DNA from: Chloroflexota bacterium
GTDB lineage: Bacteria > Chloroflexota > Dehalococcoidia > Lucifugimonadales > Lucifugimonadaceae
Assembly (NCBI GenBank): GCA_018649665.1
Contig: JABIHL010000098.1
Location: 660 to 64,659, forward strand
Direction of reading: 5' to 3'
Length of the DNA: 64,000 nt
In this document: in pieces, positions 39,154 through 48,978 of the stretch
Numbering within the stretch: the first letter of the stretch is position 1
How the letters are laid out: every line of letters begins with the position of its first letter
Made by a program: the position numbers and the translations under genes
Notes under the pieces: generated by a model
Databases searched by the model: none
What the model was told of the DNA's origin: nothing
Seen by the model: the letters and a program-made list of their open reading frames with translations, nothing else

Positions 39154-39909
39154 GTGGAACTCAGGACCAACCGCGCCAAGCAGAAGCTAGCTAACGGCGA
39201 AGTAGTAACTATCGTCAGCGGAATCACTCATCCGGACGACATCGACGCTGTTGGCCCTCTTGGATTCGACGGAATCTGGCTCGAAGGCGAACACGGTTCC
39301 ACCGAAGCCAGCGAACTCGGAAACCTCACACGAGCGTGTGATCTCTGGGGCATTACATCGGTCGCTCGAATCAACCTGAACGAGCAGGGACTCATCTACC
39401 GAACGCTCGACCGTGGAGCACAGGCAATCGTTGTTCCACACGTGAACAACGCGGCAGAAGCGCAAAATGTTGTCGATGGCGGCAAGTTCACCCCGCTCGG
39501 TAAGCGTGGCATGTTCACCAGCCGACAGGGCTACGACGTAGAGAACTACCTCCACAAAGCCAACGACGAAACAATGCTGATCGTTCTGATAGAAGACATT
39601 GTTGCGTGGGAGAACCTCGACGAGATCATCGCTGTCGACGGCATCGACGTATTCTTCGTCGCTCCATCCGATTTCGCTGCTTCGATGGGTCACATGGGCG
39701 ATTTGAATCATCCTGATGTGGTCGAGAAAATCACCGACGCTCTTACTCGTATCGTTGCTGCTGGCAAGCACGCTGGTGCACTTGCAACAAACGAAAACGT
39801 TGCTGCTTACGTAGAACTGGGTGTTAGGTTCTTCATGACTGGAGCCGGACCTTGGATCGGAAACGGATTCAACGAGTTCGTAGCCAACGCAAACTCTGGA
39901 AAAAAGTAG
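39154..39909 (+). CDS. HpcH/HpaI-family class II aldolase
   Basis: FDGIWLEGEHG, LDRGAQAIVVPHV, PLGKRG, LIE, PSDF. Confidence 0.9.
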   Translation: MELRTNRAKQKLANGEVVTIVSGITHPDDIDAVGPLGFDGIWLEGEHGSTEASELGNLTRACDLWGITSVARINLNEQGLIYRTLDRGAQAIVVPHVNNAAEAQNVVDGGKFTPLGKRGMFTSRQGYDVENYLHKANDETMLIVLIEDIVAWENLDEIIAVDGIDVFFVAPSDFAASMGHMGDLNHPDVVEKITDALTRIVAAGKHAGALATNENVAAYVELGVRFFMTGAGPWIGNGFNEFVANANSGKK

Positions 39910-39979
39910 ACAATTAGTCGTTAGTCTTTTGCGATCATGATCGTAGCGGCAAACGAAATTTCAAAACTTAGAAGCGAGA

Positions 39980-41014
39980 TTGTTCGAATTGAAAAGCGTG
40001 ATGTCTAAAAGAATATTGGTTTTGGCGGGAATGCTCGCACTGATCGTGCTAACCGCATGTCAGGCAGCCGGCAAGAACCCAGAAGTTATCGATATTCCAG
40101 TGATTTCGGCTACTGCCGATCTTTCACTGTGCCAGAACGAGTTCTACCCGCAGGGGTCGCCAGTTTTTGGCGACGTTACCAGCGATCAGCTCCGTGGCGA
40201 TGTCGATGGCATCAAGATTTTCGATCTAGTCGTCGGTGAAGGCGATTCGCCAACTATCGAAGACTTGGTAACAGTCAGATACACCGGCTGGCTCGATGGC
40301 GGCTGCGTATTCGATTCAACCTACTCTCGTGGCGAAGATGCCGAACTTCTTTTGGTCGCCCTGATACCGGGATGGCGTCAGGCGATGCTCACGATGAAGC
40401 CCGGTGGATCACGTCGAGTAGAAATTCCGCCATCACTCGGATATCGAGAGCTTGGCTCGCCGCCGGTTATTCCTGGCAACGCTACTCTCACTTTTGAAAT
40501 CGAACTTGTTACCGTTTTGACGCCTATACAGGCAATCGCAACTGCAACGGCGATCGCCGCCAATGCAACCCCAACACCTGTTCCGACAGCAACGCCCGAA
40601 GGAGGGCCAATAGTGTCTTGTGACAACCCCGGTTACCCGGAATCCGCACCTCAGTACGGCGATGTAACTGAAGATCAGTACTCAGATGAGCCATCTGGCA
40701 TTCGTGTATTCGACTTGAAGGTCGGCGACGGCGCTGCTGTCGACCCTGCCAACACGGTCGACGTGCACTACACCGGCTGGCTTGTAGCTGACGGATGCGT
40801 ATTCGACTCTTCGTACACACGTGGTGCGTCGGTTTCGTTCCCGGTTGGCGGCGTAATTCCTGGATTCCGTGACGCTATTCTCGGCATGAACGTTGGCGGA
40901 CAGCGACGTGTTTACATTCCAGCAGATCAGGGCTACGGCGCTCAGGGTGCTGGCGGAGCAATTCCACCAAACGCCGATCTCGTATTCGACATCGTCCTCG
41001 ACAGCGTTAGATAA
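39980..41014 (+). CDS. Lipoprotein with two FKBP-type PPIase domains
   Basis: LTAC lipobox; two copies of V.YTGWL...FDS...IPG...IP...GY...IP.NA.L.F. Confidence 0.9.
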   Translation: MFELKSVMSKRILVLAGMLALIVLTACQAAGKNPEVIDIPVISATADLSLCQNEFYPQGSPVFGDVTSDQLRGDVDGIKIFDLVVGEGDSPTIEDLVTVRYTGWLDGGCVFDSTYSRGEDAELLLVALIPGWRQAMLTMKPGGSRRVEIPPSLGYRELGSPPVIPGNATLTFEIELVTVLTPIQAIATATAIAANATPTPVPTATPEGGPIVSCDNPGYPESAPQYGDVTEDQYSDEPSGIRVFDLKVGDGAAVDPANTVDVHYTGWLVADGCVFDSSYTRGASVSFPVGGVIPGFRDAILGMNVGGQRRVYIPADQGYGAQGAGGAIPPNADLVFDIVLDSVR

Positions 41015-41113
41015 CGGCTTAGGTGCCATTGGCACGCTTTCTTCCGTGAGGAAGTGGCTGGCTGATTCACTCGTCGGTTCAGCTGAGAACGCTGGATAGA
41101 TAGTTTGAAATAT

Positions 41114-41149
41114 AAAAAGCCCTCTACCAATTGGTGGAGGGCTTTTTTT
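41114..41149. terminator. Intrinsic terminator
   Basis: AAAAAGCCCTCTACCAATTGGTGGAGGGCTTTTTTT. Confidence 0.85.
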
Positions 41150-41306
41150 GTTATGGCTTCGTATTGAAACCTGATGCCGGTGCTCAGATCATCAATAACA
41201 ATCATTGCGGCGATTCGATCAAGCGGTAGAGAATGTCCCCAATTCGTACTGCCATAACGCCCCTCCACAGAAATCCAACCAGCTTGCAATCTGAAATAAT
41301 CCCAAC

Positions 41307-42194
41307 ATGGACATCACATCCAAACTAGTTAAGAGCCTTATTGTCGAGCAATTCCCACAGTGGTCAGATTTGCCAGTAACGGAGGTTCTTCCGAACGGAT
41401 GGGACAATCGAACGTTCCGTTTAGGCGACAAAATGTCGGTGCGACTCCCGAGTGCCGAGCGGTATATTCATCAAGTTCAAAAAGAAAGCCAGTGGCTTCC
41501 AAAGCTGGCACCCCATCTTCCACTGCCCATAACCACTCCAATCGCGATAGGTGAACCGGGATCGGGTTATCCGTGGCAATGGTCAGTAAACGGCTGGATC
41601 GAAGGAAAAACCGCTTCGACGGGACATATCGACGATCTTCCAACGTTCGCACGATCACTCGCCGAATTTCTGACATCACTACAAAATATCGACTCAACGA
41701 ACGCGCCCGTTCCGGGTCCGTTCAAGCGGGGAGCTGATGTTGGTTATTACGATGATGAAGCTCGTCAGTCGATCGAAATACTTAAAAACGGTGAACTAGG
41801 CGATGATCTCGATATCGATGCAATCATGAACGTTTGGGACGCCGCACTCGAGTCGAAATGGACGAAATCACCGGTTTGGATTCACGGGGACGTAAGTCTC
41901 GGGAACATGCTCGTAAAAAACGGCGAACTTTCTGCGGTAATCGACTTCGGTGGCATATGCGTCGGCGATCCTGCCTGCGATCTCGCAATCGCGTGGACGG
42001 CGTTCGATGGCGAAAGCAGAGATGCATTTCGCTCTGGTCTCAACCTCGACGAAGGAACGTGGGCACGTGGGCGTGGCTGGACCATTTGGAAAGCCCTAAT
42101 TACCTACTCTGGCCTATCGGAAACCAACGCTGTAGAAGCACAAACATCTCGCCAAACAATCGAGAGAATCCTAGCCGACCACACAAACACCTAA
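41307..42194 (+). CDS. Aminoglycoside-phosphotransferase/choline-kinase-fold protein
   Basis: GWDNRTFRLG, WIHGD..GN, VIDFG, GDPACDL. Confidence 0.88.
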   Translation: MDITSKLVKSLIVEQFPQWSDLPVTEVLPNGWDNRTFRLGDKMSVRLPSAERYIHQVQKESQWLPKLAPHLPLPITTPIAIGEPGSGYPWQWSVNGWIEGKTASTGHIDDLPTFARSLAEFLTSLQNIDSTNAPVPGPFKRGADVGYYDDEARQSIEILKNGELGDDLDIDAIMNVWDAALESKWTKSPVWIHGDVSLGNMLVKNGELSAVIDFGGICVGDPACDLAIAWTAFDGESRDAFRSGLNLDEGTWARGRGWTIWKALITYSGLSETNAVEAQTSRQTIERILADHTNT

Positions 42195-42304
42195 AGCCAA
42201 ATCACGATGGCGAGGACCCAGCGTAAACAAAAGCGTAAAGTTCGCTCAAACGTCAAGAAGACACAGCCAACCAAACCCTAACTCTCAGAAAACGTGTTCA
42301 GCCA

Positions 42305-42358
42305 CTCTCCCTCCTCCGGGAGGGAATAAGGGAGGGTAGACTGCGACGCTGAGCTTGT
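42305..42358 (+). repeat. Degenerate element A-related REP
   Basis: CTCCCTCC-TCC-GGGAGGGA...AGGGTAGACTGCGACGCTGAGC. Confidence 0.55.
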
Positions 42359-42365
42359 TCCTGTT

Positions 42366-42444
42366 CCCCTTCCGGATGGACGGGGTTAGGGGCAGGAGAA
42401 TTGCGACGCGGAGCCGAGTTACAAAGTAACGAGCGCGACTAACG
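42366..42444 (+). repeat. Structured element A, copy 3
   Basis: Same frame as copies 1 and 2; inner hairpin reads GTTAC-AAA-GTAAC. Confidence 0.9.
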
Positions 42445-42469
42445 ATGACGCCCGGAGCCAATCACGCCC

Positions 42470-43699
42470 ATGCTAATTACCAAAGTTGAAACTATTCATG
42501 TCGACGAATTCTGGCAGATGTGCTGGGTTCGTATTCACACCGACTCCGGCGAAATCGGACTCGGCGAAACGTGGTACCTGCCAAAGTCAGTAGCAGCAGT
42601 AGTTCACGAAATATTCGGACCAACGCTGATAGGTCGAGACCCCATGGACCGCGAAGGCATCTGGGATGAACTATTCAAGCTCGCCGGGATCTTCACCTAC
42701 TCAGGAGCCGAACTACGTGCGCTATCGGCAATCGACATCGCACTCTGGGACGTCGTAGGGCAAGCACTTGATCAGCCCATCTACAACCTATTGGGCGGCA
42801 AATCGCGTGACAAAGTCCGTATTTACAACACGATCGGAAGCTACGGCGACTGGCAAGACAACGAATTTGAGCAGCGCGACCCCGTAGGATTCTTGCAAAG
42901 CCTGATCGACGAAGGAATCACCGCCGTAAAGGCGTATTACATGGCTCCTTACGCCGCCGAATCGGGCGGAAATTTCGTTTCAGCAAAGCAGATCAAAGAA
43001 GGACTCGCTCCTTTAGCTAAACAGCGCAAGGCACTGGGCGATCAGATCGAGATCGCTCACGATGGCGGAGGACAGTGGGCGATGGCTCCGGCGATTCGCA
43101 TCACGAAGGCGATGGACGAGTACGATCTGCTCTGGCAGGAAGAGATGATTCATCCTGTGAACGTCGAGACGCATCTAAAACTTGCGCAGGAAACGAAAAC
43201 GCCGATCTGCGCAGCCGAACGACTCATGACTCGATACGAATTCCGCGAATACATCGAAAAGGGCGCTGCTGAAATCGTGATGCCTGATCTGATCTGGACT
43301 GGCGGAATTTCGGAGACCAAAAAGATCGCAACAATGGCCGACACCTACCAAACGCCGATTGCCCCGCACGACTGGACGGGTCCGGTGAACGTCTTCGCCT
43401 GCGCTCACATCTCGATGAACGTCCCGAACGTGATGATTCAGGAAACCAACCGCGCCTACTACCGGGGCTGGTACGACAAGTTCATCGAGCCGAACATCGT
43501 AATCAAAGACGGCTACTTGCTGGCTCCTGAAGGACCCGGACTCGGTACTCGCCTAAAAGACGACGTTTTCGACCGCTCCGACATCCACGTAGAAGAAACC
43601 ACAGAGGCCCGAATTTGGGACGCTGTGGGATTCACTGACCCCGGTCAAAAAGTAAGTCACTTCTTCTCACCACGAGTGCCAGATGGACAGGAGAAGTAG
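42470..43699 (+). CDS. Mandelate racemase/MLE-family enzyme
   Basis: SAIDIALWD, YNT, KAY, HD/QEE/AER, APHD. Confidence 0.9.
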   Translation: MLITKVETIHVDEFWQMCWVRIHTDSGEIGLGETWYLPKSVAAVVHEIFGPTLIGRDPMDREGIWDELFKLAGIFTYSGAELRALSAIDIALWDVVGQALDQPIYNLLGGKSRDKVRIYNTIGSYGDWQDNEFEQRDPVGFLQSLIDEGITAVKAYYMAPYAAESGGNFVSAKQIKEGLAPLAKQRKALGDQIEIAHDGGGQWAMAPAIRITKAMDEYDLLWQEEMIHPVNVETHLKLAQETKTPICAAERLMTRYEFREYIEKGAAEIVMPDLIWTGGISETKKIATMADTYQTPIAPHDWTGPVNVFACAHISMNVPNVMIQETNRAYYRGWYDKFIEPNIVIKDGYLLAPEGPGLGTRLKDDVFDRSDIHVEETTEARIWDAVGFTDPGQKVSHFFSPRVPDGQEK

Positions 43700-43724
43700 G
43701 GTTGACCCTTCGATTGAAGCACTT

Positions 43725-43881
43725 ACCCCTCATCCCGACCGCTAGCGGAGGGACCTAGGTTGGTGGCAACGACTACATCTTCCAACAGTCAGAACAAAAA
43801 ATATTTCCACTTGAACAGTCCGTTCGCCGCCATCAACCTAGATCCCTCCATTCCGCTGTCGCTACAGTCGGGACGAGGGTA
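43725..43881. repeat. REPIN-like element, family B copy 2
   Basis: CCCTCATCCCGACC...GGAGGGACCTAGGTTGGTGGC / GCCATCAACCTAGATCCCTCC...GTCGGGACGAGGG. Confidence 0.85.
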
Positions 43882-44002
43882 TTTCTTGTTGACCAACCCA
43901 ACTTCATGATCCAAAAACTACTAACAATCGCCCTCGCCCTACTAGGCTTCACCAAAACAGTCGCCTGCACCTTCTCGCGCTCGATTAAGTAAGTAAGAAA
44001 AG

Positions 44003-44126
44003 TCCTCTCCTTGGGGAGAGGATTTAGGCATGTGCTGAGCCCGACGAAGCGTGAGGGGGAATCGACCATCGGAGGCACGATTGAACGAATCTCCCTCATC
44101 CCAGCCTTCTCCCGCTTGGAGAAGGA
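44003..44126. repeat. REP doublet of CCTCTCC..GGAGAGG type
   Basis: TCCTCTCCTTGGGGAGAGGA...GTGAGGGG / CCCTCAT...CCTTCTCCCGCTTGGAGAAGG. Confidence 0.7.
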
Positions 44127-44161
44127 GCCGGTCCCGCCGCTCTCTCCGATAAAGTAGCCGA

Positions 44162-45637
44162 ATGCCCACTCACTACCTATCCATCGACGTCGGATCGACA
44201 TCGGTCACTGCCCTCATCATCGACATTGAGTCGAAGTCGGTTGTTGGGTCGTCGACTATCTCGAATACGGCTGAAACTACTTCTGCGAACGACAAGAAAA
44301 TCGGTCGATCTGAGTGGGATCTCGATCGCATGACCGATCTTGCGCTTGGCAACGCAAAAAACCTCATCGAACGAACTAAAGCCCAGCCCGCGGCGATCGG
44401 CATCACTGGTCAGCAGCAAGGACTTCAGCTGCTCGACCAAGATCTAAACACGATCGGAAACTTCATCTCGTGGCAGGACCAACGATCGAAAGACCTGCTC
44501 CGTAGCTCTAGCGCGGGCGAAAACCGCACGTATCTCGACGCCATGGGTGAACTCGGGGGTGCGGTGACAGAAGAAAACGGACTTCCAGCCTTCGAAAACA
44601 CCGGATGTCCTATCGTTACCGGCTACACGGCTCCCAATCTCTACTGGCTCAAATCCAACAACGAACTCCCAACGAACATCGCAAACATTCACGGCACAAC
44701 TGCGCCTGAATTCGTTGTCTCTCGCCTAACCAACACCCGACCCGTCACCGACCCAACCGACGCCGTTAGCTGGGGTGTCTACGATCTATCCAAAATGGGC
44801 TGGAATCACGATCTAATCGATTCGCTCGGCCTGAGTCGTGAACTTTTCTCGAATCTCGCCGATTCCTGCACCCCTGCCGGAAAACTAACCGAACCGATGG
44901 CAGCAAAACTCGGAGCCAAGGCAGGTATTCCGGTCTCGGTGGCTTCTGGCGATCACCAGTGCAGCTTCGCAGGTACGGTAGCCGACTACGAAAACACGGT
45001 TGCGATCAACATCGGCACGGGCGGTCAGGCATCCGTCTACGTCGAGAATCCAACCCCGCGAGGCTGGCTCGAACTTCGACCGTATATTCAAAGCGGATAT
45101 CTGCTCGCTGGGGTCGGCGTAGTCGGTGGGCGAACTTTCCGCACGCTCAGAGATTTCTTCAATAACGCAAGCCGAGTTATCGCCGGATACGAGCTCGACC
45201 CCGACGTTCTGTACGGAAAATTAGTCGAACTAGCAGCCGAAATTCCAGCTGGAGCCGAGGGAGTGGCGGTCGATCCGTTGTTCACTGGGTCACGGAGCAA
45301 CCCTCTGGCGAAAGCAGCGGTGCGTGAACTCACTCCCGGCACGTTCACGCCCGGACACATGGCACGTGCGCTCTTCGAGGCGATGGCGGCTCAACTTGCC
45401 GATTCATATCGAGAAGCTGCGAAGTTGGGGGCGGGCGAACGATCAATGCTCGTCGGTTCCGGAAACGGACTAAAACTTAACCCGGTTCTCAGAGAATCAC
45501 TCGAATCCGAACTCGGGATGCCGCTTCAACTTGGTCGTCACAACGAAGAGGCGGCAATCGGTGCTGCATTGTGCGCTGCGGTTGCCGACGGTTCGTTCAA
45601 GTCGATCGCCGAAGCAAGTGCTTCGTTCGCTGGGTAG
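44162..45637 (+). CDS. FGGY-family carbohydrate kinase (sedoheptulokinase-like)
   Basis: IDVGSTS, TGQ, SWQDQR, GDHQCS, NIGTGGQ, GSGNG, EEAAIGAA. Confidence 0.88.
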   Translation: MPTHYLSIDVGSTSVTALIIDIESKSVVGSSTISNTAETTSANDKKIGRSEWDLDRMTDLALGNAKNLIERTKAQPAAIGITGQQQGLQLLDQDLNTIGNFISWQDQRSKDLLRSSSAGENRTYLDAMGELGGAVTEENGLPAFENTGCPIVTGYTAPNLYWLKSNNELPTNIANIHGTTAPEFVVSRLTNTRPVTDPTDAVSWGVYDLSKMGWNHDLIDSLGLSRELFSNLADSCTPAGKLTEPMAAKLGAKAGIPVSVASGDHQCSFAGTVADYENTVAINIGTGGQASVYVENPTPRGWLELRPYIQSGYLLAGVGVVGGRTFRTLRDFFNNASRVIAGYELDPDVLYGKLVELAAEIPAGAEGVAVDPLFTGSRSNPLAKAAVRELTPGTFTPGHMARALFEAMAAQLADSYREAAKLGAGERSMLVGSGNGLKLNPVLRESLESELGMPLQLGRHNEEAAIGAALCAAVADGSFKSIAEASASFAG

Positions 45638-45718
45638 GCGTTCCGCCACGATTCGTACTAGCAACTAACCAGTTCTGGCTATCGCAATTCGTCAGGGCAA
45701 GGCGACAATAGCCGAGCT

Positions 45719-46663
45719 ATGCCAGGAATACCTCCAGCACCAACCCACGAACAGTTCGAGCGGATCGCCAAGGCGATCGATAGCGACGCGACCGTAGTTT
45801 CAACCAGAAAACTCTCCGGTGGAATTTCATGCCGTATGGACGTGCTTGAATACGAAACGCCAATCGTCGGCGACGTAAAGGTAATCACACGGCAGTATTG
45901 GGAGTACGAGAACCCTGCCAACGATAACCGCCTGTGGACTGAGCCGACCGCTCTCAAGGCACTTACAGCGAACAACGTTCTCGCTCCGACCGTAATCGTA
46001 GATTTCCCGATTGCCAGCGAAATTCTAGGGCGCCCTTCTGTCGTAATTTCCTATCTCGATGGCGGACCGAATCTGACACCAGAATCACCAGACGATTGGT
46101 CGATACAGCTCGCCAACGCCATCGCCGATGTTCACGCTGTTCCAATTACGCCTGAACTGAATACGAAGTTGGAGTCGGCGTACTCAAGCATCGAGCGATG
46201 GATGAACGCTCCAGAACCGCCCCAACAGTTTGCCAAGCACGCTCTAGGCACCGAACTTTGGCACGCTATGCGAGAAATCTGGCCGACCATCGATACCTCG
46301 CCAAGAAAATTGCTGCATGGCGATTACTGGCCCGGTAACACGGTGTGGAACGGTGAAACGCTTCTGGCGATAGTCGATTGGGAAGAACCTGTCATAGGCG
46401 ATCCTATGATGGATGTCGGCTACTTCCTGTCGGACGCCGCCTACTTTGGAATCGATATCGAAGAGACGTTCTTAAACGCCTATGTGTTGGCATCAAGCAC
46501 GCCAATAACCAATTTACTGTTTTGGAAAATGGCAGCGGCTGCCCGCGCTATGCCAGACGTCGGTCCTTGGGCGCAGGGCTACGCCGAGCTAAGCATTCGA
46601 ACGATGACGGCCGATGAAATCAGGCGCGCCCACCATGATTTCACCAAGAGCCTGCTCAGGTAG
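45719..46663 (+). CDS. Phosphotransferase (APH-like) family protein
   Basis: LLHGDYWPGN, VDWE, GDP..D. Confidence 0.85.
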   Translation: MPGIPPAPTHEQFERIAKAIDSDATVVSTRKLSGGISCRMDVLEYETPIVGDVKVITRQYWEYENPANDNRLWTEPTALKALTANNVLAPTVIVDFPIASEILGRPSVVISYLDGGPNLTPESPDDWSIQLANAIADVHAVPITPELNTKLESAYSSIERWMNAPEPPQQFAKHALGTELWHAMREIWPTIDTSPRKLLHGDYWPGNTVWNGETLLAIVDWEEPVIGDPMMDVGYFLSDAAYFGIDIEETFLNAYVLASSTPITNLLFWKMAAAARAMPDVGPWAQGYAELSIRTMTADEIRRAHHDFTKSLLR

Positions 46664-46700
46664 TTCGCACGATTCTTGAGAAACCAAAAAAGTAGACTCG

Positions 46701-47705
46701 CTACCCGTTTGGCTTGATGACGAACTTCACGCCTTTGCCTTCGCCTGAATCGACGATTGCTTGCGGTACGTCCTGAAGCTCGTAGCGACCTGATATCACG
46801 CTATCGAGATTCAACTTGTCTATCTCAGCAGGAGTTCGAGCGAACACGTCACCACGACCGAATGCGCCTTTCAACGTGATCTCTCGATAGTGAAGATCGT
46901 ACATATCGACCGGCAGTGGCGCTCCCTGCGGAACTACACCGACCATCAACACTTGTCCACGTGGACGAACCACTTCAACACACTTAGCGACCAACTTCGG
47001 CTGTCCAACAACTTCAGCAGCGATGTTCGCACCGTACCCGCCATTGTGATCATTGATGAACTCAGTGAGATCGCTCTCGGCAGGATCATGCAGCAGATCG
47101 GCTCCGAACTGGGTAGCCATCTCACGACGAGCGGCGACTGGTTCCGACATGACCATGCGTTCAACACCCCGACGTTTTAGAAACGCCAACGTGAATAGGC
47201 CCATGATGCCTCCGCCGATCACGACTCCAATGCCGTTATCGTCGATGCGCATCATTTCGGACCCAGAAAGACAACACGAGGCTGGTTCGGTCAAAGCCGC
47301 CTGTTCAAGATCGAGAGAATCTGGAATTTTCACGGCCGATTGCGATGGAGCGGTTGCGTATTCAGCGAACATTCCAGATGTGAGATCGGCGTTTTCGCAA
47401 CGTGATTCCGACCACGTGGTACATGCCGAACAAACACCACAGTGACTCGTCGTGTTCATGACGACCCGGTCGCCGATTCGGCTTTTGTCGACACCTTCTC
47501 CAACATCGACAATAACGCCTGAGCCTTCGTGACCTAGGACCTTTGGCGGCGTTGAAGGAAATAACCCCTGCGTAATGTGAACATCGGTTCCGCAAACGCC
47601 GATAGTGTCGATTTTCACGACAACTCTGCCAGGTCGAGCCACCGGGTCCGGCACTTGATCGAGAGTGAATTTTTCACCGCCGTGCCAGGTCATCAGTCGC
47701 ATCAT
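46701..47705 (-). CDS. Zn-dependent medium-chain (sugar alcohol) dehydrogenase
   Basis: GVCGTD, LGHEG, CGVCSAC...C, GGGIMG. Confidence 0.9.
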   Translation of the reverse strand: MMRLMTWHGGEKFTLDQVPDPVARPGRVVVKIDTIGVCGTDVHITQGLFPSTPPKVLGHEGSGVIVDVGEGVDKSRIGDRVVMNTTSHCGVCSACTTWSESRCENADLTSGMFAEYATAPSQSAVKIPDSLDLEQAALTEPASCCLSGSEMMRIDDNGIGVVIGGGIMGLFTLAFLKRRGVERMVMSEPVAARREMATQFGADLLHDPAESDLTEFINDHNGGYGANIAAEVVGQPKLVAKCVEVVRPRGQVLMVGVVPQGAPLPVDMYDLHYREITLKGAFGRGDVFARTPAEIDKLNLDSVISGRYELQDVPQAIVDSGEGKGVKFVIKPNG

Positions 47706-47817
47706 CGGCTTGCCTTGTCCTTATCGCTGTCGAGTTCACGTTGTTCTCAGCGGATAGTAGGCGCGAGTGAACGCCGGTTCAACTCCGCTGAACACGAAAT
47801 TTCAAAAGGATCGAAAG

Positions 47818-48846
47818 CTAGGAACCAACACCACACGTCTGAAGTGCGGCGAGTAGTTCGTCAGAAACCTCAGAGAGATCGCCAGCACTCGTTGCCACAA
47901 CAGCGGCAGCTAAATCAGCAGGGTCGAGTTCACTTGAAAGACACGTCAACTGCTCGATAGTTAGCTCACTAACCGGAATCGAAGTCGCTGTGGGCTCTGT
48001 GATTGTCTCGATAGGAATCGGTCCTGCTCCATTCCCAATTCCGCCATCTGGCTCAACAGGAATAGCGATTCCACCGCCGCACTTTTCTAGTGCAGCTTGG
48101 AAATCAGCAGGAGGAGCACCGGTTGGGTTACGTAGCGATGCCAAAGCATCTTCTCCAAGTTCGCCAATTAGGCACTCTTGGAATGACCCATCGCCACCAA
48201 ATCCACCGCGACCACCACGTAAGCCTCCACCGAAGATTCCACTATCTCCGCCGAAAGCACCTTCACCTCCCCCAAACTGGAACCCACCACCGGTGTCACC
48301 GAAGTTGATACCGCATTCTTCGAACGCTGCTAGCGATTCTGGCTCGAGGCCCAGTCCGCTGCCTTGACCCAGATTATCGAGTGCATCGTCGCCAAGAATC
48401 CCGGTAAGGCACTCGCGAATTTCTGGATCGGCGAAACCACCACCTACAAATCCACCGCCGCCAAGAATTCCTCCGCCACCACCAGATCGTCCAAACTCTG
48501 CACCACACGCTGTAAAAGCAGCGGCGGTATCTGCTGGGTCGAGCTGTCTGAGGGAAGTGAGATCGAATTCACCGGTGCTTAGATCCATACCAAGTTCGCC
48601 AGCGAGACATTCTTGCACTTCAGGATCGGCCAAGCTGGCTGCGCCAGTAGTGTCTCGATCACCCGGTTCACGAATCCTACCTGCGGGCTCGCCTTCCGAA
48701 GTGGAAGCCGACTCCGACACAACCGTAGGTACCGCTGTTGGAGGCTCAGCGGTTGGCTTCTCAGCAGCGGTGTCGCAGGCGGCGGCGACCATCGCGATCA
48801 TCAGGGCGATAGAAATGAGAAGCGTTGATCGTGAAATATGGGGCAT
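47818..48846 (-). CDS. Lipoprotein with four Cys-pair helical repeats and Gly-rich linkers
   Basis: AAAC lipobox; repeats of (E/T)CL...L(G/D)...A...CG. Confidence 0.8.
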   Translation of the reverse strand: MPHISRSTLLISIALMIAMVAAACDTAAEKPTAEPPTAVPTVVSESASTSEGEPAGRIREPGDRDTTGAASLADPEVQECLAGELGMDLSTGEFDLTSLRQLDPADTAAAFTACGAEFGRSGGGGGILGGGGFVGGGFADPEIRECLTGILGDDALDNLGQGSGLGLEPESLAAFEECGINFGDTGGGFQFGGGEGAFGGDSGIFGGGLRGGRGGFGGDGSFQECLIGELGEDALASLRNPTGAPPADFQAALEKCGGGIAIPVEPDGGIGNGAGPIPIETITEPTATSIPVSELTIEQLTCLSSELDPADLAAAVVATSAGDLSEVSDELLAALQTCGVGS

Positions 48847-48978
48847 AACGACTTTTTACTAATCCGAATAGAAAACTATCGATCCAACCACAGCGCCCCG
48901 TGCGAGCGCGACGTAGGAGGATCGAATGTGAACATCATATCCACCACATTTGCAGGAAATGTGAAGATTCCCGAGCTA

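Noticed and set aside
44030-44055. CTGAG...CGAAG segment as a hammerhead ribozyme
   Set aside because: It lacks the CUGANGA/GAAA core and three-stem junction, and is part of a REP element.
41307-46663. Two APH-like genes as antibiotic-resistance determinants
   Set aside because: Only the generic kinase fold is visible, and the context is metabolic with no mobile resistance features.
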